DNA of 64,000 bases from Ascidiella aspersa (taxonomy: Eukaryota), in assembly GCA_963924565.1 (NCBI GenBank), contig OZ004610.1, forward strand, positions 25,978,001-26,042,000, written 5' to 3'. Shown in pieces: positions 49,349 through 62,422 of this stretch. Each line of letters begins with the position of its first letter. The first letter of the stretch is position 1. The position numbers were made by a program, and so were the translations under genes. The notes under the pieces were generated by a model. It was not told where the DNA came from and searched no databases. It saw nothing but the letters and a program-made list of their open reading frames with translations.

Positions 49349-49621
49349 GGCGCTCTTTCACTATTGTACGTGAAAAGTTATGCAAAAAAAATAAAATAAT
49401 AATACCGCATACCACAACGCATATTGTTTGGATTAGGGTGCGGGTTAACGTTTGGGTGAGGGTGGGTCAAGTAATATTATGTTTATTATTAATAATAACT
49501 TGACCCACCCTCAACCAAACGCTAACCCGCACCCTAACCCAAACAATTTGCGTTGTGGTATGAGGCATTTGAAGAAAATTTTTTTTGTATTAATTTTTAC
49601 GTACAATAGTGAAAGAGCGCC
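49349..49621. mobile_element. 273-bp near-perfect palindromic (foldback) element just upstream of the TAF3 start exon
   Basis: Ends ggcgctctttcactattgtacgt / acgtacaatagtgaaagagcgcc; arms pair over almost their full length; perfect 8-bp TSD caaacaac; nested in an older ccgata/tatcgg-rich MITE (~49207-49857). Confidence 0.9.
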
Positions 49622-51773
49622 CAAACAACTTACCCATTATTTGATCAAAAAATTTGTGTTTTAGCATCACGTCAAGTTAATATACAAAATAAAAGTTTAA
49701 AAATTAATAGAGGTATATAATCTTAAATGGTATTTAGATTTTATTTTTAATTAATTCAAGTTTTGAAGATTTCCCAGGTATATAAAAAGATGGTATCGGG
49801 TGGCAAAATTAAATAAAATCGGTATCAGTCTAAAAAAGTGATATCGGCCGCTCTATAATAGTCTAATACAAACCCCCAGGACGGAAATGTGGTAGAAATG
49901 GGCCAACAATTGACCTTTTGTAGTACCCCTGGTTTTTGCAATGCTAAACTAATATATTTGTAAATTATTTAAAAATAGATTAACGGAAGTGTAAAAATAG
50001 ATTAATGGAAGTGTATTTTAATTATGATCATTCAAAAAATGTATTATACTACCCAATATTATTATTAGTTTTATTCTACCATATTTATTTATTTATTGCA
50101 ATTTTATTTTTGACAACTTGCTTCGTTAGTGTTAAAATAAATGTGGTAGGATTATAGACCAGCGTCCACTTTCTTTGTGTTATATATGACTTTGGCCTAA
50201 TTCAGGTTAAACTTTTGCACACCTATTAAAGAAACGATATGACAGTGTAGCATTTAAACCACATGCTTTACTGTGTGTATTCTACTTTTAATGACGTACT
50301 GACTACTGATATCATACACAAACAAACAAAACAACAAGTTGCTTTATTTATTTCACTAAAATAAAAAACATGAAAAAAAATTTGCCGCTGGTTTTAAACA
50401 ACTACGTATATCATGCAAGTATATTTCGTTAAATAGAACCCCAATGTCTTAACCCTTATAAAAGTAAAACCACAATTATGTAAATATGCATTGTACATAT
50501 TAGTTTAGAAAAGAAAATAGTTTTTTTAACATTATTTAACTATCGTAAAATGATTGGTGAAGCTAAATTAGGCAACCGTGTTAAGCTTGTACAGTTTACG
50601 TTGGTTTCGTTTATTTTGTCACGGTTCACAGAACAAACTTATTTTGCATAAATATTATCTGGTAGCAGTTGCCATTATGAAGTGGTATAGCTGCAGTGCA
50701 GACGCAGTAACTAAAAAGAGGAAGTTTAGCATACGACTCAAAATTGCGGTAACCAAAATACTGAGCATATGCAATACAGCAAACTTTGGCGACAATTTCT
50801 CGTTTTAGAGACTCAAAAATTGAAAAGGCACCGGCCTACGAGATGAACAACTGTCTTAAAGAGTTAAAGGAATGTTAAACAGAGGATTTCTACAATTTGA
50901 CAGTTGAGAATCGACCATAGCTTCCGCTCCCTTGATAACACTCTGTGGACTGTGGCTCTACTAAACTGATAAGCAACCTCCTGAATCCTGATCAACCAAA
51001 TATTAAAAATTTCAGTAATTTTTATTTAGTTGCTTGTTTATAACACAAAAATAAAATTAACGTAACGATTATATCGAATGTACATGTTGGGCTATAATCT
51101 TTAGAAGAATTTTATTACAGCAAACGATAAAATAAAAAGCGAAATTATTGCACGACGCCCTTTAAGAGCTATCCGGGCGTCTCGACGCATAGTTTGAAAA
51201 CCTTTGTTATTTATGCGTCGCGTCGCCCTGGAGTTATTCGACCCTAAAATGAAAAAACAAAACAACTGTTGACCTGTTGTGTTGTTCGTAGACATATTTA
51301 ATTAAGTTCGTAGTGCCAAATTTTTTCTGATTGTCAAAGCCCCATTATCTTACAAATCGGTCATAAAATATATGCGAACACGGTGTTATTATTATAGATG
51401 GATCAATTCTGTTATCATGATATAGAATATAGATTATAGAAGATAAATTCCAAGCATGCTGGGATATCTCACGATCAATTGGCGAACAGGTTGGTATAAT
51501 TTTTTTGTGATATCTTGCGATACTATAACTTCTCTGTGTGTACCGTACTAAAGGTTTCTCACGACCAACTCTTGGCTCCGATCGTGTTCTCTTCGTGGTT
51601 CTTAGGTTCACATGCGAATACTTCCTTGATCTTATACGTGATAACTTTCGAGAAATTATGATCATGATGCGCTGGTGGTTTCTCGAAAAAAATCACGTAA
51701 AGACTAAACTTTTGGTGATATTTCACGGGAAATTAGTAAACAATCTTTCGTGATATCTTGCGATCGACTATAG

Positions 51774-54700
51774 TCAGGTAACGATTGCGCAAATCCGTGA
51801 CACCACAATCTTTACGAGTTCGTGATCCAGGTCAGCAAAACCACTGATTCGATGCGAGTTTCCTTCGTCACCGGAGAGGGTGAGTAGTTTCTCACGCTCC
51901 GACGAACTGAGTCCGATCGAAATTACTCGGATATCGGTCGAGTCGAAAGTCTTGCGCCAGCGAGCGAGTTCGTCACTTGTCGTACTCGTTCTTGATCCTG
52001 AAATTAAATGAAATGCATAAACGATTACTTGATCAACGGATTTTTCGATCAGCCCTTCTAAAGCAGTGATCTCACCCTTTTTAGCTTACGGACCGCTAAA
52101 ATATCAAAACAAATTTGCAGACCGGTGGACCTTTCAAAAAACAAAATCAACCCAAAGTGTAATTACGACAAAAGTATGCAACTTAAAAGCAAAGAATGGA
52201 AACTCCAATTTAATGAGCAATTTGCTGCTATCCTTTTAATATCATACGTTTTGTACGTGGTTCTATTGAAGCTTTTCAGATAACACTGGTCTTAAAGTTT
52301 AATACTTAAACGAGTAGCCTTGTTTTAAATTAAACAGTTGGGCACAACATTATACTTAAAGCATTGTGAGTTGTGGCGTGCGATAAAGTCTAAAGTAGAC
52401 CATTATCTCTATGTTACGTCACAATTCTGCAAATTACGGAATGGCCAAGTTCTAAATTTGATGGACAAGCCGTAAATTAACATCTTGCATTTTGCAATTG
52501 AGATATAAAACTGTTTGCGGACCGGCAGGAAAGTTGACGCGGACCGGCGGTTGAGAACCACTGTTCTAAAGTATATATTCCCTACAGATTATAAAATGTC
52601 AATTTTTTTTTCAACGCATGGACGTACTATAAAACGGCGTCGAATAGTCACATTACGAGTGGCAGAAATAACCCATTCAATTATTAAAGTTGTATAGGCA
52701 TTGTACAAAAACAACAGAAAGGAACTGTAGGCAATTTTAAGACTAATTAATTAACAAGCAGTCCGCATAACAAATACGAACTGACTGTGGATTAGCCGTA
52801 AAGTAAGTCAGTTATTTAATAGAAGATACACAGAAACGACGCGAGATACATCAATGAAAGCGCGACAGGAGCAACGGGGGCCGTGGCGTTTTGTTCGGAT
52901 CACATTTCCATTATAGTGGTAGGCTAGGTTCTTAGTTGGCATTACCTGTAATAAGAATTACAACAGCCGGCTTGCCTTTTCGCCTTCCTTTATTAGGACG
53001 TAAGGCAGCGTAGTGCAGTAACTGCATCGCAGCACCCAACTTTTGTCCTCTCCCTATATAAGAAAGAAAATATTCAGATACCTAATTTAAATAAAAATAT
53101 ATACAGATACCTAATTTAAATAACAAAACCCGATAGAAGCAATATTGTGTCCTATTTTATTTTTATAATTTTAATCAGACCTGATCAAAATACGACTTTC
53201 ATAAAACTTAAGTTTTTTTTTCATAAAACTTTAATTTTTTTATCGAATACCGTATTACCAATTTACTTGACGCGCTGGTATTTCGAAAAGGTTCAAAAGG
53301 TTCAACATTCTCGTAAAGTAAAATATATAAGGTACCCGCAGCATTTCAGTTAACACTTTTTGAACTGCTGTTACGTGTTTATCAACACGTTAAACACCCA
53401 AATTAATTAATTTAAACACTGCTATAATGTAAAATTTGAACATTAACCAATATTTAGCAGATAAATGAATACCGAGTCCACCCAGTCGATGAAGAGCATC
53501 GGAAATGTTATCTCTTGCAGTTCCCTCTTCCAGACCAAGAAGCTCCGTTGCTTTGAGCGCAAACTGAACGAGGCCTACCCTTGTTTCTAAAGCAGTGTTT
53601 AAGTTTTTAAAATAAAAAGAAACCACTCCAAGTTGTTACGTGACAAACTACATAAAGCCGAATCTTTTCTCTGAATAAATGTTAACGAACTCTAAAATCG
53701 TGAAGCGATCTCTTGAACTACAATTTCAAATCTATTGTTGAATTTGAGTAAAATTAGTTAGGATAGCGGTACTAAATTTATGAAACTGATAGGGCCTACG
53801 CGAAATCAGCTTCTATGTTCGTTGATAACCTTATAATGAGTAACATGAGTGTCCTAACTCAGACTTTATTGGCGTTGGAATTTCAACGATTAAACAGTTT
53901 GCTGTAAGCGACAAATTTATGACTAATGTTACGCTTGGACCAAAAGCCGGGACTAAATTATTGTAGAAATCCAATTTGTTTAGATTCCCTTACTTATGTT
54001 CATTGAAAGTGGGCTTTAAACCTCTAACATTTTAATAGTGAAACATAAAAAGCAAAACCCAGATGTTTTTAAATGCAGCCAACATACATACATATTTTTA
54101 CATTATACGTTTCATACAAATACGTTCAGGTATTTGCATTTTTTTATTTTTTTAGTCTATAATTGGCCAGAAGAAGTACAGTTTCGCCAATCAAGACAAA
54201 CAATCTTTTCGGCAGTATATTAAAAGTGTTGAAAGCTGTTGTTGCTAAAATTACTTTACCTGTTTTCGAAATCGGAAATTGGTTTGATATGGATTTGACG
54301 AATTTCCTTATAAGCGCACGACCCATTTCTTCGATTCCAGAACGAGAGTCAAGTGCGAAAATTAGATCGAGCGAGGATTTGAAAGGACAATAGGCTGAAA
54401 GTTAAGGCGATTAACGTAGCTTATATATGATCGAACTTTAGTTTAGCAAAAACAAGAACTAGAATTTACATTAAAAATCGAAGTTAGACCAAAATATGAC
54501 TCTACGAAAAAATTCGCTCAAATGTGTAGCAGCTGGTTTGTATATGTGCAAATAATTTTCTTCTCGTTATTGGAATATCAAAGAAAATTCCAGCGCCCTT
54601 TTTATATTTCTCACCACTTTAATTCTGGTCGTTATAAAACTCAGAGAAACGGTTTAAAAACAACATGACTATAAACATAATTAGGGCTTTATTTTAGCTA

Positions 54701-56226
54701 AAGTTGATGCAAATCTATTCATTTCACAAAATAATGCAAGGTGATTCATCGCCACCAATCAATAGAAGGTATATATATAAACAGGTAATTTTCCGCAACA
54801 CCTTGTGATGTTCCTTAGCGCTTGTACCTATAGGCATGTAACAAGTTACCTGATGTATTAGTCACTTTTGATGGTCGAGCAACGCCTGGATACTCCACCC
54901 TTTCTGATGTCAAACAGAGGGATTTCATGATTTGGCGATAAATGATGGGTAGTTCCCCCGAGTCGTAGACATTCATCAGTTGCACAGTGGAAAGTGGTTT
55001 TGAAGACGAGCTGTTTCTCAAACTAACATCTTCTCCTAAAAGTTTGAAAAGGCATATATATCAAATTAAGCATGCTCTCTATTTATCTTTCTAAATTTAA
55101 AACGTGGCAAATTCTTAAAACGTGGCAATTCTGGATTTCTGAATATGGTATTTACTATTTTATAGTACAACGTATAAATAAATTGCAAGAAATTTAAATG
55201 TAGAACAGACATTTATACCTACCCTTAGGAATTCATAAAAAAAATTGACACTTAATATGATAAAACAAAATATAAATCACTCACAACAAAATAATATAAA
55301 ATAAAAATCTCAATTTATATGTAGAAAGTATATACAAATTGTAAATGAAACAAAACAAATGCTGCACTGCCAACGTACCGATTGTTACAAACTTCATGTC
55401 TATATTCAGCTTGTTATAGATGGGCAGTTCACGAAACATGATGTCACGATATTGAACTGACGCTGACATAATAGTAACGACCGACGTAGGAACGTGTTCG
55501 CGAGTCGTTCCCTTGGAATTGGCAAGAAAGCGTTTTCTTACCCATCTTAGAGCTTTTGCTGAATCATTCCGTAAACGTAAAACAAATACAATACAGAATC
55601 ACATCTCAAATGAACCCTACACGAACATACCATTTTTGACAACTTATAGTGTAACAAAATCTTGTGACTATGAAAGTGCTTGTTTTTTTATTTTGTGAAA
55701 GGCAGCCTATAGCCAAAATGTATTATTTTGCATGTTTCATTATACAATATTTACAATGGGCAATAATTACAATGGGCTGAAAAACAAAAATAACACAAAC
55801 ACACAGCATGTTTGAGACAAAAAACTAAATACCAAGCATTTTATTCAAGAATTAGTTTTGCCAAATTAAAATGTCAGACGGTTATTGACCAGAATTTTTT
55901 TTTTTTCTTTTCAATTTTTTAAACTACATTCTTTAAACCAGATCATTTGCTTTAATAGCAACAATAAAATATAAAAGATAAAATTTATAAATGTTTAGTT
56001 TCAGGTTTCGGGATTTTAATGGCTTAAAGCGTAGTTCGACCATCGGATTTAACGCTTCAAATTTTAATGTTCCGAATATTTCTTGCTCACCCAAATTTCG
56101 CTTCCGGTTTCGTTCCGGTCCAGCGACCCCAGCCTTGCTCAGTTGCTGGTCGATATGCGTAAAGCTGATTCCTCGTCGGAGCCAAACTAATGGAGTTGGT
56201 CTCGAAGCAAAAGTAGCAACTGCAAT
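51774..56226 (-). CDS. Tandem von Willebrand factor A (VWA) domain protein, collagen VI/matrilin-type VWA, 5' end unresolved (at least 360 aa)
   Basis: Exons 56091-56226, 55379-55558, 54850-55035, 54260-54394, 53473-53586, 52946-53053, 51774-51997 splice in frame (1083 nt). VWA-1 (partial): IAVATFASRP...NLAKALRWVRKRF...VPTSVVTIMS...FVTIG...IMKSLC. VWA-2 (complete): CPFKSSLDLIFALDSRSGI...RKFVKSISNQFPISKTETRVGLVQFA...GRRKGKPAVVILITG...VISIG...SRICAIVT*. Confidence 0.88.
52064..52563 (-). mobile_element. hAT-like MITE (500 bp), inverted family copy of 40640-41117
   Basis: Ends cagtgatctcacc / ggttgagaaccactg; perfect TSD ttctaaag; shared internal block aagtatgcaacttaaaagcaaagaatggaaac. Confidence 0.88.
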
Positions 56227-57118
56227 CTGCACAATTAGTTGTAAAGTGTCCTTAAAATCGCCTGCTTTGTAGTTCGCTGTGCAATTATACTGTTCATGGT
56301 GTTTGCTTCTGTGGCTTTCAATCAAACGAAAAATTCGGTTACTTTGAGTCAGAAAAGTTAAACTTTAACAAGGAAAGTCTATTAAAGGTTTATTCAGAAT
56401 AAATCAGGTGTATGACACAAAAACTTAAACAGCAGGTAACTTGTGAACTTTAATAGCTTGGCTTTCTGCTTTGCACAAGTAGTAAGCCTACCGCTTGTGG
56501 GCGCCCCTGGGCTACCTTAGACAAAAACACACAATGCTACACAACATGCGTCGTTGAAACGTGGAAATAAATGTTCAAGCAAAATTTGTTAACAAACGTT
56601 TTGAAATGACCTAAGCTCCGTTCAAGTCAATTGTAAACTAGCTTAAGTCTAAGTCAAGTATTTTGCAATAAATAACAAGACAAAAAAAAGCCAGATAAAT
56701 AACCCAACTATACTGTCTTCATGTATCTTATCCGGTAAAGAAGGATGAATAAAATTTTAGTACTGTTTTCTGATTGGTTTTCCTACACAATAATTTTGCT
56801 TCGCTGATGGCTATAAGCTGGAGTGGCAAAACATCATAGGTGATTTTGTTACCACCTTAGCGCATCTCGAATAGTTTATTACAGGATCATATAAATTCTA
56901 CTACGTAATGAAGTCGGTTAAATTCGAATCCAAAAAGGTGCGAGTGCTCCTGTTACGGCATGTCTGTACAAGACCCTTTAATCCTATATAACCATTTTTA
57001 TTGCATGTATAAAACGCAAAAGAGTATGTTGTAAAACTTTTATTTCAAACCAAATAAAATTGCAGATCGGTAATTGATTCAAGTTTTTTTGTAGATCTAA
57101 CCAAAAGTTTGGTGACCA

Positions 57119-57250
57119 TGTTTGTATAAGTCCAAGCTAAGTTATTTGCAAAACAAACAACTTGAGTGCAAGTCAAGTCATTTGCGAAAATAACAAGTCA
57201 AGTTTCCAGGTCATTGTCATCGCAATTCAACTCAAGGCCAAAGTCATTTA
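57119..57250. repeat. Interspersed repeat with aagtcaagtcatttgc subrepeats (relatives at about 1-120 inverted, 41335-41400 and 56605-56680)
   Basis: Recurring aagtc/gactt plus tttgc/gcaaa motifs at several loci in both orientations. Confidence 0.5.
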
Positions 57251-60200
57251 CATTAAAAATAATGCCTCTTTCACTTCGGACGATTTCATTGTGTTTCAAC
57301 TTTTTGTCTTGTCCTTGTGATTAGAGTTACACCAAGCAACACAGAAAGCAAATTACGCACGCCCACATCTTAAGATCGGAAAATACCGGCAAAGTAACAT
57401 CAAAAATTTGACGTTCGTGTTACGCCATGCTGTTTTGATGAATGTAGCGTTTTCTTTGCCTGTATGTCGAAGGACGACTGACATGTTTCGGGCGATTCAA
57501 ATCAAATGAAGCTGTGCAAACTCCATCCATTGGCATATGGGTAAATATCAACGCGACGTAATGTCGTTTCCGATATTAACTGCTCGCTTTCTGGGCTATA
57601 CGCACTTCTCGTGTAACTCAACGAATTAACAAGTGTACAGGAGAGAGGTTATCACTGGAAGATGGGGTGTCATTTTGACGACATGTGGTATATTGCAATA
57701 CAGGCTAAGGTGAATTGGGGGCGGTCAGTTACTGGAAACAGATCACGCTTCGCACTTTGTAGCATTTCGCGTTAAGGTTGGCCATACAATATGTTGGGTT
57801 CGGACTGAAGTGACCCATTGGTTACGAAGCACGGCTACGAAATACAGAGTGCTGTTGAATGGTAGACTTCCTGAAAGATACGGTTCTGTTAGTATCAGAA
57901 AACGTTTATAAACTTGTTTTATTATTTCGTAACCTTCTGTATGTGGAACACTTCAAATTCCAACGCCGAGTAATTTGTACGTTTAGTCTAGGGTAGGCCA
58001 ATGTGCAGGAAAGACAGAGCTTGATCCGCAATAAAACAATGTTAGTGTCAGTAACGTTAGGTCATTCAAGGCCGACAAGAAATAGGTATATATGTGCGTT
58101 AAGCAACTTTTTCAGCCAAATCGTTTCTAATTGTCTGTCACTCGAGAAACATAAAACTTATTTTCTTCCTAAAAATAAATATAATTCTAATAGCCGGCTA
58201 GATAAGTCGTTTGGGGTGAATTGGATGTCATGGGGTAATGTTGTTGCTTTTCACAATATTTGTTCTCTCTTCTTTCGTCATACTTTGTGCGCCACAGTTA
58301 AGTTCAAGTGTCTACTGTCGTGAATAAATTTGTTCTTGGTTTTCATTTGCGGAAAGCCCTTGTCGGGGCCGCAAAGCTTGTCTATCTATACTTTATCAGT
58401 GTGTTTGACAAACAGAACACAAGTTTGACTAGTGTTAAGTTGATAGCACGCGTAACGCAAACATAATGGCAGTGGATTATTGGCTAAACTGAACTTGGTA
58501 GACGTTATAAAGAAATGGCTTGTTGGTCGTACACATATCAAACGTTTTGTTGGTTGTTTTACGTTATGTAATGTGTTTCGTCGCTTCGACAACTTTCCAA
58601 AATAACCAGAAGCGCATAGCGCGTTAAAGCAGTGGTTTAATTCGCGTTTGTGCCATAGTTGATTTTCCAGAAAAAAAAAAGTTTTTCAAAAAAGACGAAT
58701 AGGTCGAATATGGTTAGAATTTTCTGCCTGCGTAAATGTCAGACACTTCTGTGTAAGTATAACGCGAAACTTAATCGCTGTGATACCCAGAGTATGACGT
58801 ACCTCAGTTGTAAAATAACGAAATAACGATCCCGCGATTGTGCAGAATCCAATGCAGGCCCAAATACGATTAACAAAGGCTAACTAAAAAAAAAAGACTA
58901 AATCAGGCTTATATAAAAAGCGACCATGGATTTTCACCTTGTCGACTAAGGCCTCTATAAAGGCCAGGCAAGACGATAAATCGGCAAGAAAGGGCGAAGA
59001 TCTTTTTAAATTTAGACTTTAATATTTGCCAATGAATTAACCGGCCACGATAAATGTATGCCCGTGACGTAGTTTGAATGACCAACGCAAAGCAATAGAT
59101 AGGTTTGTTAAACAAGTTATTGCTGGCTATCCATTATGCTGATTAGAACCAACGACGTAGAGCAGGGGTGAGAAATTATTTTTTGGACAAGCTGATGAAG
59201 AATGAACGTTTTAATTGCTAAATATTTTACCAACATCTGACGTACAGCGTGACGTCACGAATCGTGAGCGATGTCTGTGAGGAGGGGAAGGGTGTGTCAA
59301 CCGGTTATTTGTCTTACCTTAGTTAGGAGGTGCTGTAAATTTCCGGAACGTCATCGCGGTAAAAGTGGCTCTTTAGCTCTTTTTTAGTAAAACTCGTAGA
59401 TTGTACTAGTTCATGCTACTAAAAGTAATGTATAAGTATTACAGCCTACTAACAGCTATACTTTCGAAAGTATTAGATCTAATCTAAGCTATTAAGCTGT
59501 TCACCTTCTTTTAGTCATAAATTTAATAATGTTAAGAACATTTAAGGAGTTAAGATGGTTTCATAGTTTTGCGTTGAGTGTGATAATAATGAAATACAAT
59601 TGAGAATATATATTTTAAAGTACAATCTAAAAATATTACTGGACGCTTGGTCAACAATATAAGCAACTATTATAAACTATTGAACTTTCGAGTGGGTGAC
59701 TTGTACTTTTGTGTCGCACTTGACGCACCAAAACAACAAATAAACAAAAAGTACAAGCAATATATTTTTCTGGGAATGTTTTTAAGCCAACAGCGATTGA
59801 AGGAAATATTTGTCGTTCGAATCGAATAAATAAACGACTTTAAGATCAAAATGTATTTTACATACTTCTGCGGCGAAACATGTCAGGGCGCGACAACAAC
59901 ATATGGTTTTATAGGAGCCGCTTTTCAAACTCGATAGTTTAACTCGCCGAAAGTATGGCATTAAATCACTGTAGTTAAAGTTGCTCTATAAGCAAGGTGT
60001 TGAACTCTACTCGAATACTAAATGATTTAGAGCCTTTTCTATACAGCGACCCAAATACTAAGCGTAATTAAGTTTAACAGCAAAGCGACCCATTGTCTTT
60101 TTGTAAATAAAACTGAAACAATAGCATAAACATGGCCCAGATGGCGACCCAATTGTGGTTCGCGACATAGGGTTAAAAAAAACTGCTTTAAAGTGTGAAA

Positions 60201-61425
60201 CAGCACTGAAAACACACTTGGTTAAGCGGCATTAAAGCATTAAGCCTCAAGCACATTTTTTTTATTTTTGCGCTTTTTGCTGTGGTTATAAAAATGGAAA
60301 AATAGCGTTTAGACAACTTTGGTTTAAGGGTAGCAATGTAAAGCGGGTGTAACTTTCCAAGTTAATATAGTGTTGCTTTAGGCAAAACTGGTGTTGCTAT
60401 AGGTTCACCCAAGGCTATTTACTCAAACTAGATGCGTGTTTGAAGATCATATTGTAAAAATATACAAGCGACGGGCCTCTGTAATATTTCGTCTGGAAAT
60501 CGCATTCGCATGCAAAAGAAGGCAAATTTTAGTCCAACCATTTCAAGATGCACCAGGTAATGCCGGGCCCGCGTATATTTAATGACGCCGTCATGCCATA
60601 AACACAAGACGCACCAAGCAGCACGCAAATTTGCTCTATATTTAGCAATAGTTAATGTGCTTCTTCCGTCTGCCGTTCCCCGTATCCTATCATCAACTGC
60701 GCCCCCCTCTCCTCCCCGGACCAGTAAGGACTAAATTGAGAAGGCGAATAATTGCCTAAGGTCAAGCGACGCATATCGATCGTTATTCGTCCTGGGCTTT
60801 TCGTTCACTGGCAGAAAACTAGAAAGAAAGGCTGTATGTTTGCTTTTTCAGTCTTCTGTAGTCGGCTGACTTGTTAAAAGGAAATACCTCAGCCAAAACC
60901 AAACTGCTGAAGGTGACAATTAAAGTTGAAGGTGAAATTAAAGCAGTAGAGATCACAAGCAGTCGTGGTGTTGGATGTTTGAGGGTAGGAGTTTAACAGA
61001 TCACCTTCGACATTTGTTGGGGTAGTAGGCCTAGCTAGTTTTACATGGAAAATGTAGTGTGTAAAAAGTGGGCACTTTGACATTGTTTAGCTAGCACAAG
61101 GCACTTCATCTTGAAAAAAGACCAGTGATTACCAAACTGCGTGCCAGGTAACTTTTTGTAATTTAAAAAAATCTTAAATAATTGCATAGCAAACGACATT
61201 TTGGCAAAAATGCGATACTGATTTGATTACACACTATTGGACATACTGTGGTATTTACTTAAATTATCTTGTCGTGTATTAGAAGCGATTCCCACGGTAT
61301 AATAAATTTGGTTTGTAAAAGGTGTGCCGCGAATATGTTTTGATTTCTTACTGTGCCGCCAGCTGAAAATCTTTAAGAAACCTGCGTTAAAATCTTCAGA
61401 AGTACACCTGTGCAAAAGTGTAGGG

Positions 61426-61732
61426 CAGTGGTTCTCAACCGGGGTGTCGCGGCAACCTGGGGTGCCATTTCTAATTACCAACGGTGCCGAGAGATATATA
61501 GAAATCTTTAAAAGTCCAATTTTCGATCAACTTTTACAAGTTTTTGTGTAGGATTAGAGTGGAATAAATCCAATTCAAACTTCCTACGTTGTGCAGATTT
61601 GATGTGTGTTGTTCCAGTTCCGTTTGTTGTGGCATTCTAGTGAATAACCCACGGAAAAATCTTAAAGGGGTGCCGCAATTTATTTGTTATTTTTGAGGAG
61701 TGCCGCTAGCCATGAAAGCTTGAGAAACACTG
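61426..61732. mobile_element. hAT-like MITE
   Basis: Ends cagtggttctcaacc / ttgagaaacactg; subterminal gtgccgc motifs; TSD not intact. Confidence 0.6.
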
Positions 61733-62081
61733 CTATATAGGATGGCAAAGCGAGATGCTTGCGGTATAACGGGCTTTCACAGGTGAGCCATGTGGTTAAA
61801 AATAAATAATGCTCGGAGAAACAGGAAAGGACCTTGTCCTTCCTATTGACCGCGTGCTACCCTCTCACATTGCGAATATACCGCACAGAGGTCGACATTC
61901 TTTACAGAAGCTGCGTGTGAGATAGGCGTAGTTTCCTTAAGGTTAGAAAATGAACACTGCTCGCGCTAAATCATGTCTATTTTCTCTACTTTCAAGATTT
62001 GTTGCATGTTTTTTTTGGCAATCGCTGTATGCACACCATTGAATTGAGCAGGCCTATTTAACTTTCTTAGTTATTGTAAGG

Positions 62082-62422
62082 CAGGGGTTCCCAACCTTTT
62101 TTACGTTCTCGTACCACTTCTTGCAGAACAACTAATTTGCTCGAATATTATTTTAATGTATTTTTAGCTTACAACTAGCATTATTCAACGCTATTTGTTG
62201 ATTAGGATCTATCAAGAGCAATCGTGTGACATAATTCACGCCAACTGTCCCACAGCGTTGTACAGCTTTTCAAAGCAACTGTGCTGCTTGTTGACAATTG
62301 ACATGACAGGTATTTTGAAGATCGTAATGGTATTCGAAACAACAGGGATAGTTACGTATCAATGGATGGGCTTCGGATTTTTTTTTGTTAACTAAACCAG
62401 ATGAACAAAATATAAAGTTGTG
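62082..62422 (+). mobile_element. Truncated copy of the 38454-38939 MITE family
   Basis: Left end caggggttcccaacc; shared blocks gtaccacttcttgcagaacaactaattt and ttagcttacaactagcattatt. Confidence 0.8.

Noticed and set aside
51774-56226. VWA gene as ITIH, echoing the vertebrate ITIH-TAF3 neighbourhood
   Set aside because: ITIH proteins have one VWA between a VIT domain and a long C-terminal region. This protein has two tandem collagen/matrilin-type VWAs and ends right after the second.
57250-57870. GC-richer block as the missing 5' coding exon of the VWA gene
   Set aside because: The frames I translated on both strands are interrupted by stops, and no VWA motif is visible.
1192-59257. Numerous TGACGTCA (CRE) palindromes as a regulatory system
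   Set aside because: They are scattered through UTR, introns, an exon and transposons, with no clustering that separates them from background.
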